Positions 42,201 through 57,200 of a DNA stretch of 64,000 bases are shown in pieces. The notes under the pieces were generated by a model. It was given only the letters and a program-made list of their open reading frames with translations, did not search any database and was not told the origin of the DNA. This DNA comes from Vicugna vicugna (Eukaryota). The stretch lies in the NCBI GenBank assembly GCA_013265495.1, contig MU058384.1, forward strand, positions 5,080,792 to 5,144,791. Direction: 5' to 3'. Position 1 is the stretch's first letter, and every line of letters begins with the position of its first letter. Position numbers and translations under genes: made by a program.

Positions 42201-45200
42201 GGTACAGTTTCTATGGAGGATAGTCAAAGAGCTAATGAGGAATTAAGATCAGTGTTTAGTTTTGGAGGCATTGTTACTGTCAGGGAGAAAATAAATTAAG
42301 CTAGATGATATTGTTTCTATTTCATATATCCCAGTCCCTCACTAGACTGTAAGCTTTTGGAATCAGTTGATAACTTTTTCATTTCTGTGTCGTCATTTCT
42401 TCTCAACATCAGTGCCAAGTATATGTTACAGTTTTAAGTGAATCAAGTATTTGTTGAATTAATGAATTAAAATCCTTTGCCAAACTAATAAGAAAATGTA
42501 GACATTTAGAGATATCTCCTTTAAGGATAGTGCTTGAGCAGAAAAGATGGTAAGTCTGTGTCCTGTTGGAAGAATGAGTTAGGGTTAAAACTGATTAAAC
42601 GATTTTTTTAATGCTAATTTATCTCCAGGAGCACAATGGTGCCAATTCTTACAAAACATCTCCTTTATGCCATCTGTTTTGATAGGATTATATGGCTAAG
42701 CTATGGGCTTAGACATTGAATTTCAGTTATTTTACGGGATGTTTTCTTCTTATCTTAGTTTTTGGTAGTCTGTTTTTCTCCTGGGATCTCCCAAGTCTGT
42801 ATTTGTGTGGTTTGGGTCTAACTACTTATCATTTCCACCTTAGCAGACTCTAGCCACGTAGCGGCTAGAGATCATTTGGGTCTACAAGTGTAAGGAATAT
42901 GAAGAGACAACTTCTCTGCTCTTCTGACATTATAGGAGGTCAGTCAAGTTGGTTTAAACACTTTATTCCTCTCTCTGCTTTCTGTAGGGTAACTGCTGAA
43001 GAAAATGGTCATAGTTTCCACACACCTCAAAAAGGACATGCTAGTGAAGATACCAACCTTGTTTCTTCTGATGCACCTGACACCGTTCCTAAACCAGCTC
43101 TTCCATCCCACACCATTCAGGCGTCAGAAGAGCAGAGTTCAGTACCAACACCAGTGAAAAAGTCTGGCAAACTGAGGCAACAAATAGATATAAAGGCAGA
43201 ACTGGAGAAGCGACAAGGAGGGAAGCAACTCCTCAACCTAGTGGTCATTGGTAAATGCCGTTTGTTCCTCTGGGTTGTCAGTCAACTGCTTGAGCCCAAT
43301 AACTTTCTAGTGGCAGCGTGGAAGTTCATTCCACTCTGAGTTTCTGTGTGAGTGTAAATAGACATGAAGCAAGAAGGCCTGGCATCATAATGCTAAGTTA
43401 CCAAGGGCACTCTGGGTGAAAGAATCCCCAGTTACCGAAAAGGTCATTAGATTTGGTTGTATCATTTTCATTTTGTGAACATTTGAAAATGACATGTCTT
43501 GTTGACAATTTTAATTTCCAGAAATCAAGGAAATTTCCCCCCTCTCTAAAGAGACATGTTCTTTTTTTCTCCATTTAGACATTTTAACTGCTATTTGATA
43601 AGAACTGGTACTACTCTAAACACTGACACGAACTATCAAATTATCTATTCATGCAGTGCCTCAATGTGAACAGCGTCTGGAAAATGTACCTAGTATTAAT
43701 CCTGAATCAATTTTCCTTAGGTCATGTTGATGCTGGGAAAAGTACTCTGATGGGCCATTTGCTTTATCTTCTGGGTAATGTGAACAAAAGAACTATGCAT
43801 AAGTATGAACAAGAGTCTAAAAAGGCTGGCAAAGCTTCGTTTGCGTACGCATGGGTCTTGGATGAGACTGGCGAAGAGAGGGAAAGGTAGTCACTGTATT
43901 TCAACATTTTCATTTTGAAATGATATAAAGTCTTTTAAATAAGTATGTAATATATGTTGAATATCCATGAAATATACCATGAAATATTTGAGACACTTTT
44001 TTTTAAAGCTTTCAATTATCAGGGAAATATTTTTATTGTAGTCTTCATTATAATCTACATACATTTTTTTATTCTTCCAAATTCTATGAGAATCATTTAA
44101 AAGAATGTTTATCAAAAAAATTTAAAAGACACAGAGAAAAAGGCAGTGAAAACCCTTAGCTAATTAATTTTTAGGGAAAAGTTTCAGTTGCCACTTCCCC
44201 AAGCATATGTCAAATTGTCTTGGTTTTGGATTAAAATTATGAGTAAGACTTAATTTTCTATCAGGTTATAAAGGAAAGGTAACTTCTTGTAGTAAACTGT
44301 CTTCTGTCTGAAATCAAAATGACCAGTAAATCCAACTTACCAGACTTAATTCATTTTTATACTTTCTGTACTATGTTTTTATGGGACAGAGTCAACAAAT
44401 AATTAAACCTATCTCCTACCATATATATCTAATCCAGTCAATTACTCCTATATCTGTTACTGTGTTCAATGCCAACTTTGGAGAGATTCTAGCAGGAGAG
44501 TGCAGCTAATCATATACTTCTGGCCAAACTATTTCTTTTGAAGTCTTTTAGAGTGGTGACATATACCGTGTTAAAACTGTTAGGGATGGGGACCCCAATA
44601 GCATCTTTGTCAGAAAGAAAGAGGGCACCTTAATAATTAAGTGAGGTTGTAGATGTATCAACTATGTCAAAATAATACTCTACAAGTCCTAAATTGACAA
44701 AGAAATTACTCTGTGTTCCCTGATGTCTTCATTCTGAATATGATTAGAGAATATATTTGGATTTTCATACTTTAAAAAAAATGTGTGTTAATTTTCTTGA
44801 AATATTGGATAGTCTATCTACATTGTAATATATAAGGTAATTCTCAATAAAGAGGATCATAATATTCCTTAGTTATTCTGGTAAATAGAATCTTATATCA
44901 TAGTGGTTTGGCTTCTTTTTTCTACTTGTTAGAAATCTTTTTTATTTCATATTGTACACAAACTTATTTTCCAACCTAGTAAGAAAAATCAGTTGGACAG
45001 TTGCAAATTTTTGGAAAATGACTATTGGAAAACTAGAATTTTATATGATATCAGTATTACAAGACTAAATAATTTCCACCTGTCAACTTACCAAGCAGAT
45101 TATTAAAGTATATGGCTTTTTAGTTTTCTTTGTACTATCTATTAGGTAGATAAAGGAATTGAGAAGAACATAATTTAAAGTAGAATGACTTGTTTGAATT

Positions 45201-48200
45201 TATTTCATGTGTAAATTGACCTGGCAAGTGAACTAATAATCTGTCTCATTCTTTAGAATAAATAGTAATTTTATTGTTTTTTTTTTTGATAATACGTCTG
45301 CTGGATGGCTGTTTTATTTTTGCTGCTGGTAGTTCTCTATTGCTCACTTTTTAGAATATTCCTGAATTCTGTAGATAGCAGGAGAGTCCAGATACATAAT
45401 GGGAGTTTTAATTCACCACTATACATTCCTTAATAGCATCTCAAAAATACAATGTGTTGATAAATATTTAAAAATCCTCTGTTCTGCTTATGTGTTGAAC
45501 AGAAATTAGTAACATGAGTGACATTTTCATTTCCTTAGCATTACAAGTGCAGAGCAGAGCTGGGTCAAAAGAGAACGGTCAAAGCAGCCTAGAGAGGAGC
45601 TCAGACTCAGTCTTGGTTCATTAATATTCTCAGGCAGTTATTTGGGGATTATTAAAGAGACATGAGCATCATTTTCACAAACTCAAATGGCCCATGGTTT
45701 CAGTTTCAACTAGAATAACTTGACTCAGGAGACCCACGGTTATCTTACTGGTAGAGTAAGCACATGATTTACCATTGTAATTGTTGGGACACTTTGGTAG
45801 TAAAAGGGAATGCTTATTCTTTACTCTGGACTATCATGAGCAAACAAGGATGAATAATTACCTAGTTTATTGTCCACCTGATTTCCCTTTCTAAATTCCA
45901 GACATCTAGGAAGGCTCAGGACCTCTGTAGACCCTCCCTGGGCTTTCTTACAATGTGAACGCAAGTTTTTGTGCTAAGAAGAGACACTGCATTGATCTCC
46001 AAGAATGATGACATGAGATGTGAAACCACTACTGTTTTCCCTCTTTGAATTCTAAAAAATCATGCATCTCCTTTGATATTTTCTGTTTTCTAAATAGTAA
46101 AATACTAACTAGCCTTGGAAATGAAAGTTTTATAAGTTTATTTCTATAATTAGTAAGCATAAATGTAAGAGGATGAGGAAAACTACCTTCTAGTATTGGT
46201 CATTCTTCATTTTATCTTTTTTCATCTGCAGTATTTACTGCCCCTTCCAGAGTTGTCCCCAGATATCTTTATCTGTTCACAGTTTACACGACTTCTTACC
46301 CCAAAAAAGGAAATGGGAAACATCTATCATTTTGATTAAGCACTTACTGCATCCACAACCTTGTTTAAAAGCCATATCAGTGTAATTCTGTTACAGCAAA
46401 AATTCCAGGTAGCCTAATTATTCAAAATAACAGACGTTATATAATAGAATTCCCATTGTTGCTTAAGACTTTAGACTGTCATTTTCGCCTATATTATTAA
46501 ATAATTTAATTCATAACACTGATTGTTTCTGTAGTGCATACTAACCATTTTATGTTTTCTTTAAGGGGAGTAACAATGGATGTTGGCATGACCAAATTTG
46601 AGACCACAACCAAAGTGATTACATTAATGGATGCTCCGGGCCATAAAGATTTCATCCCAAATATGATTACAGGAGCAGCCCAGGTACCAGATATCTCCTT
46701 AACCAAAGCACTAACAATACATAAAATTTCCTGATGCTGAGGTTGTAAATCTAGGATTGTAACTTGTAAAATGTTTTTAAACTTAACATTTAAATTTTTT
46801 TAAAAATTTGAAAAAATTAAAGAAATACTGTATTTTTCATGATCTCTTTATTGATACTTTATAAAATCTTTTCTAATTTATTACAAGGAGTAGATGTATA
46901 AAAGCTATACATTTATAATAAAAATAATAGTCATTTTCTTGATGAAGTGGAGCTTTATATTTCATTTATTAATAATTTGGAGTGGATGTTCAACATCTGC
47001 CATTTTGCTTTATTTATATTCAAGTCCTATATCTTTTTAAGGAGCTGATTTATTCAGAAATACTGAAGCTTGGCAGTTTTCCCCCTTTGGGAAATTTACT
47101 TTCTTTATAATATTGAAAAATATTTGCATGATTACATGATTCTTAATGAGGAGATTGAAAAAAATTAAAAGAAAATAACTAATTAAGACAATGAAAATAG
47201 CACTATACATATAGGACATTGATTTCTTTTATAATAGGTGACTATTAGAAAATATGTAGAGTTCAGAAGTTTGCCTTTGTCACTTGGCAAAAGTGTGACT
47301 TCAGCAATTGACCTTTTCTAGATTTTTCCACCCATTTAAAGGGAATGTTAATATGAGCATTTTGTCAATCTAAAAGGGATGCTATATGAATAAGTTAGAA
47401 CATATTTGAAGATAAATGAAAAAGTATTGGATTCTATTTTAGAAAGTTGATAAATAATTTAAGAATATTAATTTAAGGTCCGTGGACTGATTGAGATCAT
47501 GATGATGGAAAAGTAATAATTATTACTGTTGACTGAGTACTGAATATGGGCCACTGTACTAGGTGTTTTGTATGCATTTAGTTTAATCCTTATAACAACT
47601 CTATGAAGTACATGTTATCCTCATTTTAAATTGATGTACCTCTAATCACATTTACCAAAGAGTATTATATGTTTTTCTCTTTGTTTCCTTCTATGTATGT
47701 GTGTATGTGTGTTTTCATTCAGTGAATACTTATTGCATGCCTTCTGTGTGCCAGGCACCATGGTAGGAGTGTGGGGATATGATGGACTACAAAGCACATT
47801 TTGAGAGGTAAATGGGAGAGGCAGACACCAGAAAATGCTTTTGAATTCTGGAATCTTAGAGTGCAGAGTAATCATAAGGATCATTTATTCCAAATTCTTA
47901 TGGTATTAGGGTAGGAAAGGATTTTAGAGATTATCTAATGGAATTCTATATGTGACAAATGAAGAACTAGGCTCAAAAATATTAAAAAAAAAAAAGGTAG
48001 GCTTTTGAGGATACAAAGAAACATACAAGGCATGCTGCCTCTCCTCAAGGAAGTCACAGTGTAGGAAGGTGAGACAGGTAAAGACAAAAGGCTAACACGA
48101 ATGTCCTGCAAGAAGAACATGCACAGTATGCATGACAAGGAGAGATCCCTTTTTATAGCTTAAAAGGCTTCTTTGAAAATATATTAGCATTTGAACTCCC

Positions 48201-51200
48201 AAAGACAAGCTGTTGCATAGGAAAAATAGAGAAATCGCCCAGTAATTTTTTGGTGATGGTAATAAGAAAGAGGATTAGGAAGAACACTTGCTGCTTTGGG
48301 TATCTTCCCAAATCAGTAAACTTTAAATTTTAACCTAAGAAAGTGAATCAAGTTTGACAGTTATTAACAAAACTTGATGAGGAGATTTATAATCATTGGG
48401 CCTAGGATTTATAAAGTCAGGGCTGGGTGCTTTATATAGACGACATTTACCCACCACTGTTTCTGTGAAGTGAGACAGACAATTTGCCTGAGGTGTGAGA
48501 CCTATTAGTGACAATATGTGAGTGTAAGAGCCAATTTTCAAATTGATTGCTTCAGTTTGTGCTCTTAACCAAGAATCCTTGATCAAAAGAACTGGATTTT
48601 ATTGAAGAAGTTTAGAGTTTAACAGTATAAATCATGAAGGATTGGAAATTAATGCTACATTTAACAGTAGATATAAAGCATTGGCAAAAATCATTGATGA
48701 GAATGAAAATGGAGGAACATCTATGGTTGCGCAAACTGTTTTCCTGCAAATTTTCAAAGGCTGCATCCACATGATGCAAGTGGAGTCACATAAAGACATA
48801 TCAATACAAAAGAACAGTGGGAACCTGTTGAACTAGTATCAGTAAAGCTAAAGAAGAAAATGAGCTGGGTCAAGGTTAATTTCCTTTCTTCTTTGTGTGT
48901 GTGTGTAAATTGAGTATAAGAGAAGACAAATCTTTCATCTGATTGTCAAAATGATCCACAGAAGTTAGGAAACTTTGCTATTTAGGTACTTTTTCAGTAG
49001 CTGTAGTGCGAGAATATATTATATTTTGCTAATTCGTTAGATTACAGCTTTTATCATTATGAACAATACTCTGACAAATATCTCTGTAAATCCATAATTA
49101 TTTCTCTAGGATAAATTCCTAGAAGTAGTTGTTGGGAAACAAAATATACATAATTTTAAGGCTCTTGACACTTATTGTGAAAATGCCCTCCAGAAAGGCG
49201 GTGGACTCACAGGCAGTGTTTGTGTCAGTGTCCATCTGCCAGCACCCTTGCTTATAGTAAACAATTTCGTCTTTCAAATCTTTGCCAATGTGATTTGTAT
49301 AAGTGGTCTAAGGGAAGAATACATTGATGTATTTTTAATGTCTTTTTTTTGTATTCTAATACATTTGAATTTTTGAATATTGGCCATTTATATGTTTTCT
49401 TTAGCAAATTGTTAGCTAGTTTTCTGTGGAGCTGTGTCTTTTTCCTTTTTTGGCAAAGACTTTATATTAAGATTATAACTTTTACCATATGTGTTCTATG
49501 TTACAAATATTTGTTTTATTTACTTATGTTTTAATTTTATGTTTTTCCTCCTTTGCTTAGTTATTGTGATTGTTATATAACCAAATATGACAATCTTTTA
49601 TTCATTATGTTGTGTTTTTTTGGCCACATGCTAGTACTTTGTTTTAAAATTTTAATCCATCTTTGTAATTCCTTTGTTTGATTTGCTTTGTGTTTGGTGT
49701 CAAGTTAGAGTTGCCTTTAAAATCTGACCAACACAGTTAATTGAATAATCTGTCCATTGAATTAAAATGCTGTGACATTAGTTTTGATGATTTTTTTTTC
49801 TTCTTTAGGCAGATGTAGCTGTTTTAGTTGTAGATGCCAGCAGAGGAGAGTTTGAAGCTGGATTTGAGACTGGTGGACAAACACGGGAACATGGCCTCTT
49901 GGTTCGTTCTCTGGGAGTAACCCAGCTTGCAGTTGCAGTCAATAAAATGGATCAGGTATTTCAAGACTTGAGAATTCATTTTAGATGCTAATTAAGATGA
50001 TTCTCTGCCATATTGATGACCTCAGATATGACGAGTTTACATTTTATTAGTCCAGTTGTCAAATTTTAAGAAATAAATTCACAATCCTGATAGTAAATGA
50101 GATATTAGTAATTTTAAGCAAGAAGATAAATTCTCATTTTCAGAATTAATTTCTAAATCTTTATTTTCAGTTAAAAATGCATATTTATTTTAGTATAAAG
50201 AAAACCTGAAACAACATGTATTTGCAACTCTCCCCACCCCTAATTTTTAACTTTTCATTTTGTACATCCATCCAGTGTATTTTAATATATAAAAATCTTT
50301 TTCTTTATAACATTGAGTACTAATCTGTTTCATTATCTGCTTTTTCAAAAAATTGACAATATTCTTGTTCGTGTTTCCAAGTAATTAATAATTTTTATAT
50401 AGAGTTTGTTTTTATAGCTTTATTCTAGTATATTTTAAAGATATACTATAATTTACTTAAACAATCCCCTACTTTTGGATATTTCTAGTTTTGTGTGTGT
50501 GTACATAGAAATAGTTTATTCTATGGAAATTTCTGGGCCTAAGGACATACACATTTTTAAGACTTACTGTACATGATCGAAATGCCTTTGAGAAAAGCTC
50601 TCGTTATTTACTTCTATATGGTATGTTCACTTTCCCAGACTTTTATCAACACTGCTGTTATTAAAAGATTGTATTCCAATTTGACATATAAAACATGATT
50701 TTTCTTTTTTTAGTTTACTCTTCTGTGAATGGTAATAATATTTAAATATATTTTGTATGTTTATTTACCATTTGTATTTTTTCTTTTGGAATTCATGTAA
50801 TTTGGAACTTTAAAAAAATTTGTAATTTGTAAAGTAATTTATTTATTAAAGATATTAATGTTTACTTTTGATTTATTTCTTTATACTTAGGTATTTTCAT
50901 ACCCTGAGATCAGATACATATTCACCTAAGTTTTTCTACATGGTTTTTTTATAATATCAGTATTATATATATCTTTTATTTTTTCTCAGTATTTTAGTAT
51001 GAAAGAAAACTTGAAAAAAATTTACAGTAAATACCTACATTATCCATCTTATTTTGACATGAATTTCCATGTAAGTTATAATTTGCAGTCATTGTTCCAT
51101 TTACCCTTAGATACTATATAGCATGGGTGTGGATATCTAGAATTTTTATTACATACACATTCTTAGTCTGTTTGACTTGGGTGCGGGTGGTCAGTAATTT

Positions 51201-54200
51201 TATTTTATTTCAGCAGTTGGTCTAAGCACAATTTAATAAGTTATTCACTTTTTCTCCCCAAATTTGAAATCCCTTTTAGCATACACAAAAAATTCTGTAT
51301 GTACTGGAGTTTGTTTCTAGACTTTCTGTTGTAGGAAAAGTTACTTTTAGATCGTATTAATAGTAGGATCTGACATTCTAAGCTTTAATTTTAATATATT
51401 TCATATTGAATAGATTTTATAATTATATTTTATAGTCTTGATTGTTTATATTTTATTGCAGAAATTTAAATTTTATATAGCATGGTCTGAAGCATAGTTT
51501 TAAAAATAAATTGGATCTTTATCAGGTTAATTGGCAACAAGAAAGATTTCAAGAGATTACTGGAAAACTTGGGCACTTTCTTAAGCAAGCAGGTTTTAAG
51601 GTAAAATAATTTTAAATTTATTCAGTTACTTTCCTTATGTCTAATTTTACTGATATGAGAGAAAAAACTAGTTTGGTATTCTTGTCTTGTTCAGTATGTT
51701 TAATTCTTTTTGTTTTTATGTCCCCTTGGGATTATGTATATCTTATTTTATATTTTTTGGATTACTTCATTCTAGAAAATTGCATGCATTTTATAAATTG
51801 GCTTGGATTTAATATAAGTAAAAGACTTTATCTCCACCTATTAAATTAAATGTGTAGGTTTAGGGAGGTCACAGTGGAAGAGGAAAATTAGTAGAGAGAA
51901 ATTTCTCCAGCAAAAATGTGAAATATGCCTGTGTTACCAGGTAAAAATGCTTGTGTGTTTTGGAACAAACTTGTAAGTTTCCCACAAAATCAAAAAAGTT
52001 GAAAACTGTTGGATTAGATAATTTCAGGGCACTAGTTCTGTGATTTCTGTTACTTTTTAAAAAGTACATGGTTGCTTTTGCAAACTTGGTACAGTTATTG
52101 TATGGTGTCCCTTTTAACATTTTAAAAACAATGCTGTATTTAGTTTCATATCTTCAATCTTTTTTTTAATAGGATAATGATGTAGCTTTTATCCCTACAA
52201 GTGGTCTCAGTGGTGAAAATCTAATCACAAGATCTCAATCAAGTGAACTTACAAAATGGTATAAAGGCCAATGTTTATTAGAACAAATTGGTAAGAATTC
52301 TGCCACATTAATTTTATTGCATTGTGAACTTTATTGATTATTTAGAGTTCTTTATGGAGGGAAGAGTGATGTATGTGTAAAAGCATAGGATTTGTAATCA
52401 GAGGAGCTCGGTTACCAGTTTTGAAATTACATGCAATATTCAAACTAATGCTAAATTTTTCTTGTTTAATTAATGAGGCTCATGCCTACCCTACCTACCT
52501 CACAGAGTGTTGTGACATTAAATGAGGAAACATGTTGAAAACATTTTATAAACTGCAAAGCATTACGTGAATGCCAGCCAATTTGCTATTAGCATTTATT
52601 AAAAAGAATATTTTCTAGGAGACATGAGACCATAATGGACTTACTGGAAATGAACCAAAAATTACTTCTGCGTTAAACCTTTCTATTTTGCCCCTTTTTT
52701 CCAGATTCCTTCAAGCCTCCTCAAAGATCTATTGATAAGCCTTTTAGATTATGTGTATCTGATGTTTTCAAAGGTAAGTGCTACCACCACTGTGCTTCTT
52801 CAGTAGGGACCTTGCCTTTTCATTACCTCTTTTGTTGGACAAAATTCTTACGTCATCTTTAGATTCTCCCTTCTTTATGCCAGTGGTACACAATTCTAGT
52901 TATTTAACATCCCTGCCCAGAAAAATCTTCAATTTACTTACCATTTCCCCGTCTCATACTTATCCTCCACGTATGAAAAAAACCCTGATCATTTATCTTT
53001 CTAGCCGCATAGGTCTTTTTTTTCCTGTTAGTTTCCTTTAGTTTCTGTATCCTTCAACCAAACTGGATCGTTCACTTAATCACATAGGGTCTTTACTGCC
53101 ACTATGTCTGCCAGTGTTTTACTCTTCTCTCTATTAATCTAATTTAATGTGTACAGGACCCTACATAGAAAAGTATATAGTAGAAATGGAATAAAAGATC
53201 TCAATAAATGAAAGGATATAACATACTTATGTATTGAAATAATCCTTATGGTAAAGATGTCAGCTGTCCCCCAAATCTCCATTATCACAGAGCAGGCAGT
53301 GAAGGGTGGATTCAGAACTGAGCAGCAGTAAAGTGATAACTGGTGAGGCCACCCACACACATACCCCACGATGCCCGTCCATGTTCTCTGTATCCTCCGT
53401 CATTGCATTTTTCATGCAGTGTTATAATTGTTCCTGTGCTGTTTGTCCACTTAGATTGTGAGCTCCTCCAGGGCACATATTGTCACTTCTGTATCTGTAT
53501 TTTGCAGGACCTAGCTCAGTGCCTGGCACATAACACATATCTAATAAATGAATAAATGAAGGTGCTTCATAAAAATCATTCAGTGAAATTGAAATGTATA
53601 TTATTATCTTCCAGCTTTCTAGTAGTAGAGGAAATATGATAATGGTATTCAAAATGTCTATTATCTATTTAAAATACAAGAGGTGTTTAATTTTCTTTTT
53701 GTTTAACAATGTTTGCTGACTCTGCCTTTTCGCCTCCTGTTCTCTCTTCAGGCTGCTTCTTGGCTTCTGCCTACACTGCTCTCTTCAGCATGTTCCCACT
53801 GAGACTACCAAATGACTTCTTGGTTGCCAACGTCAGTACACATTTTTCAGTTCTGTCTTACTTCCATCTTACTTGAATTTGGCATTACTTCTGAGGCTGG
53901 TAGCCACATCCACCTTGAAACTTTTCCCCCTTGGTTTCTGTGACCCACTTTCTCCTGCTCTTCTATCTGTCTCTTTGACCTCTCTGTGGCCTCCTCTTTC
54001 ACTGTCCCTTAGCTAATGTTCTGTTGCTTCACTACTCTTCTTAGTCTACAGGCTCCTTTTGGACCAACATTAATGAGTTCATTTATCTCCTGCGTCTTGA
54101 TGCATCACAGATTTCCAAGCTAAACATGTTCTCGCTCTCCAGACACATCTGCTAACTGCTGCTGGGCATCTGCACAGGGAGTGTGTCCCCAGGGTGCCAT

Positions 54201-57200
54201 GCTCATGGCTTTGGTGTGCTTGGTGCCCCCTGGAATGTATCTTCTCCACCTGTGTGTCTTGCAGACACCTCAGATTCCCCAAGGCTACCATGGATCTTGT
54301 TCCTTGACCTCCTGTCTCACAGTTAATACATCATCATCTCTCAGATTTCTCTGTTTTTGCCTTTATTCCCCACTTACTGTATCACCCTAAATCTGTCGTA
54401 CCTTTTTCTCAAATTCTTGAGTTTGCTCCCTTTCTACAGTCAGTGTATGCATTTCAGTCACCCTCCCCTCCTCTCTGACACAGAAATACCATCATGTCTC
54501 TTCTGTGTTCACAATTCTTTACTGGTTTCCCTTTACTTAACTGAAGATAAAATTCAAGTTCTAAGCGTGATTAATGGGGCCCCTTTATTATTTGTCCTAT
54601 GCCCACCTCTTTGCCTCATGCCTCACCTTTCCCTCGTGATTCCATATGGTCCCATATAAATTCCATATAAATGACACATGGGTCTTAACATGGCCCACAT
54701 TCAGTTAAGTGTGCCTTTGCTCGTGCACACAAGCTACTTGATAAACCTTCTCCTTCTGAGTGCCCAGCTAAAGTGGAATCATCCCCCCTCATGGATTCTT
54801 TGATGCACGTTTTTTTGTTTCCATTGTACATTATAAATAGCATTTGTCTCAGTGTGATTGTTTTCATCTTTCTCTTCGCTAGTGTGAACCTATATGGTTA
54901 GGGGCTTATATTTTCATCTCTCTATTCCCAGAGTTTAGCATTCAGTAAGTATTTGAAAAAGGAATGAATTTCCACTTTTTCTCATATAAATATTTTTATT
55001 TGTAAGAAACTCAAGAGTAGAATGTAGTGTACCATATTTAGTAGATATATTAAAAATTCTGAAATGATCATTGCTTAGTGTTCATTGAACTACTGGTTTT
55101 GTATAACTAGTAGGGAAGTAAGTATTGCTAGCAGTTTAAACATCAGATAGCATTGCTGTGTGAGCATTTATTAAGAATTTGGCATGTTTTGCAGATCAAG
55201 GATCTGGATTTTGTGTAACTGGTAAAATTGAAGCTGGTTATATCCAAACTGGTGACCGACTACTAGCAATGCCTCCTAATGAAACTTGTACTACAAAAGG
55301 TATTCCTCTGCAAGATTCTTTTGTTAAACAGCCCTTAAGTTTGAGACAGCAGATTTTTAAAAGTAGTCTAGTTATTAACTCGAGAGTAAATAACCTCTTA
55401 GTGAAATTGTAACTGACTGTCAAAATGATACTAACTGTTAAAGATAAAAATGTGAAAACATTAAACGATTTTTTTCTGTTGTGACTATGTGTGTATAAAT
55501 GTACATATAACATTCTAACTGTGGTAGCGGGTTTTTTTTTTTTTTGAGATTGATTCAAAAAGCCTGGGTAGGATTGAACCAGATGTATAGACACCTGTCA
55601 GATATATTTAAAGTAGTACTGAGTAGCAGAAATTAAGTCTGACCCCGTCCTGGCATTAAATAGTCAATGGCAAAGCAGATTGCTGTAGTCTGTTGTTTTG
55701 AAATGTGTATTTCAGAATTACTATAAGTTAACAATGTTGGTCATGTTTATACCAAAAAAAAAAAATTTTTTTTTTTACAGGAAGACCTATGTAAGAAAAT
55801 AAGATGCAAATACAGAGAATCCTAATGTCGAGAAGAGAAATTGAGCTAGTTTTAAGTGCCACAGTTACTGCTTTTGCACATAGATTTAGTATATAACCTT
55901 TCATAACAGCTGATAACTATTTCTCTCTTCTAAACATCTGACTTTGTGTGTGTACATGTTCTTCTTTTCTGAATTCTGCTTAAAAGTTTGTAATTCTCTA
56001 TTTACCTTAAGCTAGCTTCCAACTAAGTCTCTGGCTTCAACATAAAACCAAAGATTTGTTTAATACTAGAAAGTAATATGATTTGTAACAGTTTTCAGCT
56101 AATGTATAACCTACTGGTAACATTAAATTTTTTTTTAAATTCAGTACTTTTTCTTCTGTTACTCTTTATGTATAGTTTATATCCAGAGTTGTACTTTATG
56201 AATTTGAATGTATATTTTATTTGAATTATTTTACTTATTTAAAAGCTGATTTCTTAAGGATTGTAAGAAATTAATGAATATCTGTTTAGGTAGCAGAGTT
56301 AACCTAAATTTAAAGATGAATAAGGAAATGAAAGCCAAAGTTATTTCTATTTTACCTTTTTCTTTCTCCTTGCTTAGGGATCAGGAAAATTCTCTTTGGA
56401 TCAAAAGTAATGTACACTTTTTAAAAAAGAATCATTTCCCATAGACCCGTTGTTTGCAAGTTTTTATCTCTGCTTTTGTTTTTTTAAAGTTATCAAGAGC
56501 TACAATACTTTAGAAATGCTCATTTCTTTATATGTTAAAGAGTTTTTTGAGAATAGAAATTTTTATATATATATGATAGATTTATATCTAATATATAAAT
56601 ATGTATATATATAATATAAATATAGTAATAGACATAAATTAAAAACATGATCCTAAACCATGATCAAGGAGCTTACAGATTGGCTTCTTTGTGACCTCCA
56701 AAATCCTAATTTCGTCACCTCTAAGAGTTCTACATACTTTCCCTTTTTCCTTCCTGTCCCTACCCCACCAGAAAAACTCCAACCACTTATCTTTAATCCA
56801 GTGGTTCTTAAAGGGAAGCCACATCAGAAGCCCTGCTTCATTCCTTGAGAGCCACCGTTCTAACCCAACTTGGAGATTCTCAGTTTTCAATTTCTCACCC
56901 TATTGCTTTTGTTCGATTCACTTGATTGTTCAGTGCACCCTTTGTCTGAACATTTCAGGTAGAACTGTGGCTCAGTAACCAGTAGTATCCTAAAAAAGGC
57001 AACTGACTAAATTTGCTACCAACAAATGGAAATTCTAAATTACATTTCACTTTATTAGCATAAGTTCATAAAGTGTTAAAAAAGAACTTCTTTCTCCACT
57101 AAAGAAAATCCTTAAGAAGATAAATATCATAAATAGGACAGTGTAACATGTTTAGGGGAAGGAAATCAGATTATATTTATCTTTAGAAAGTTTTATATTG

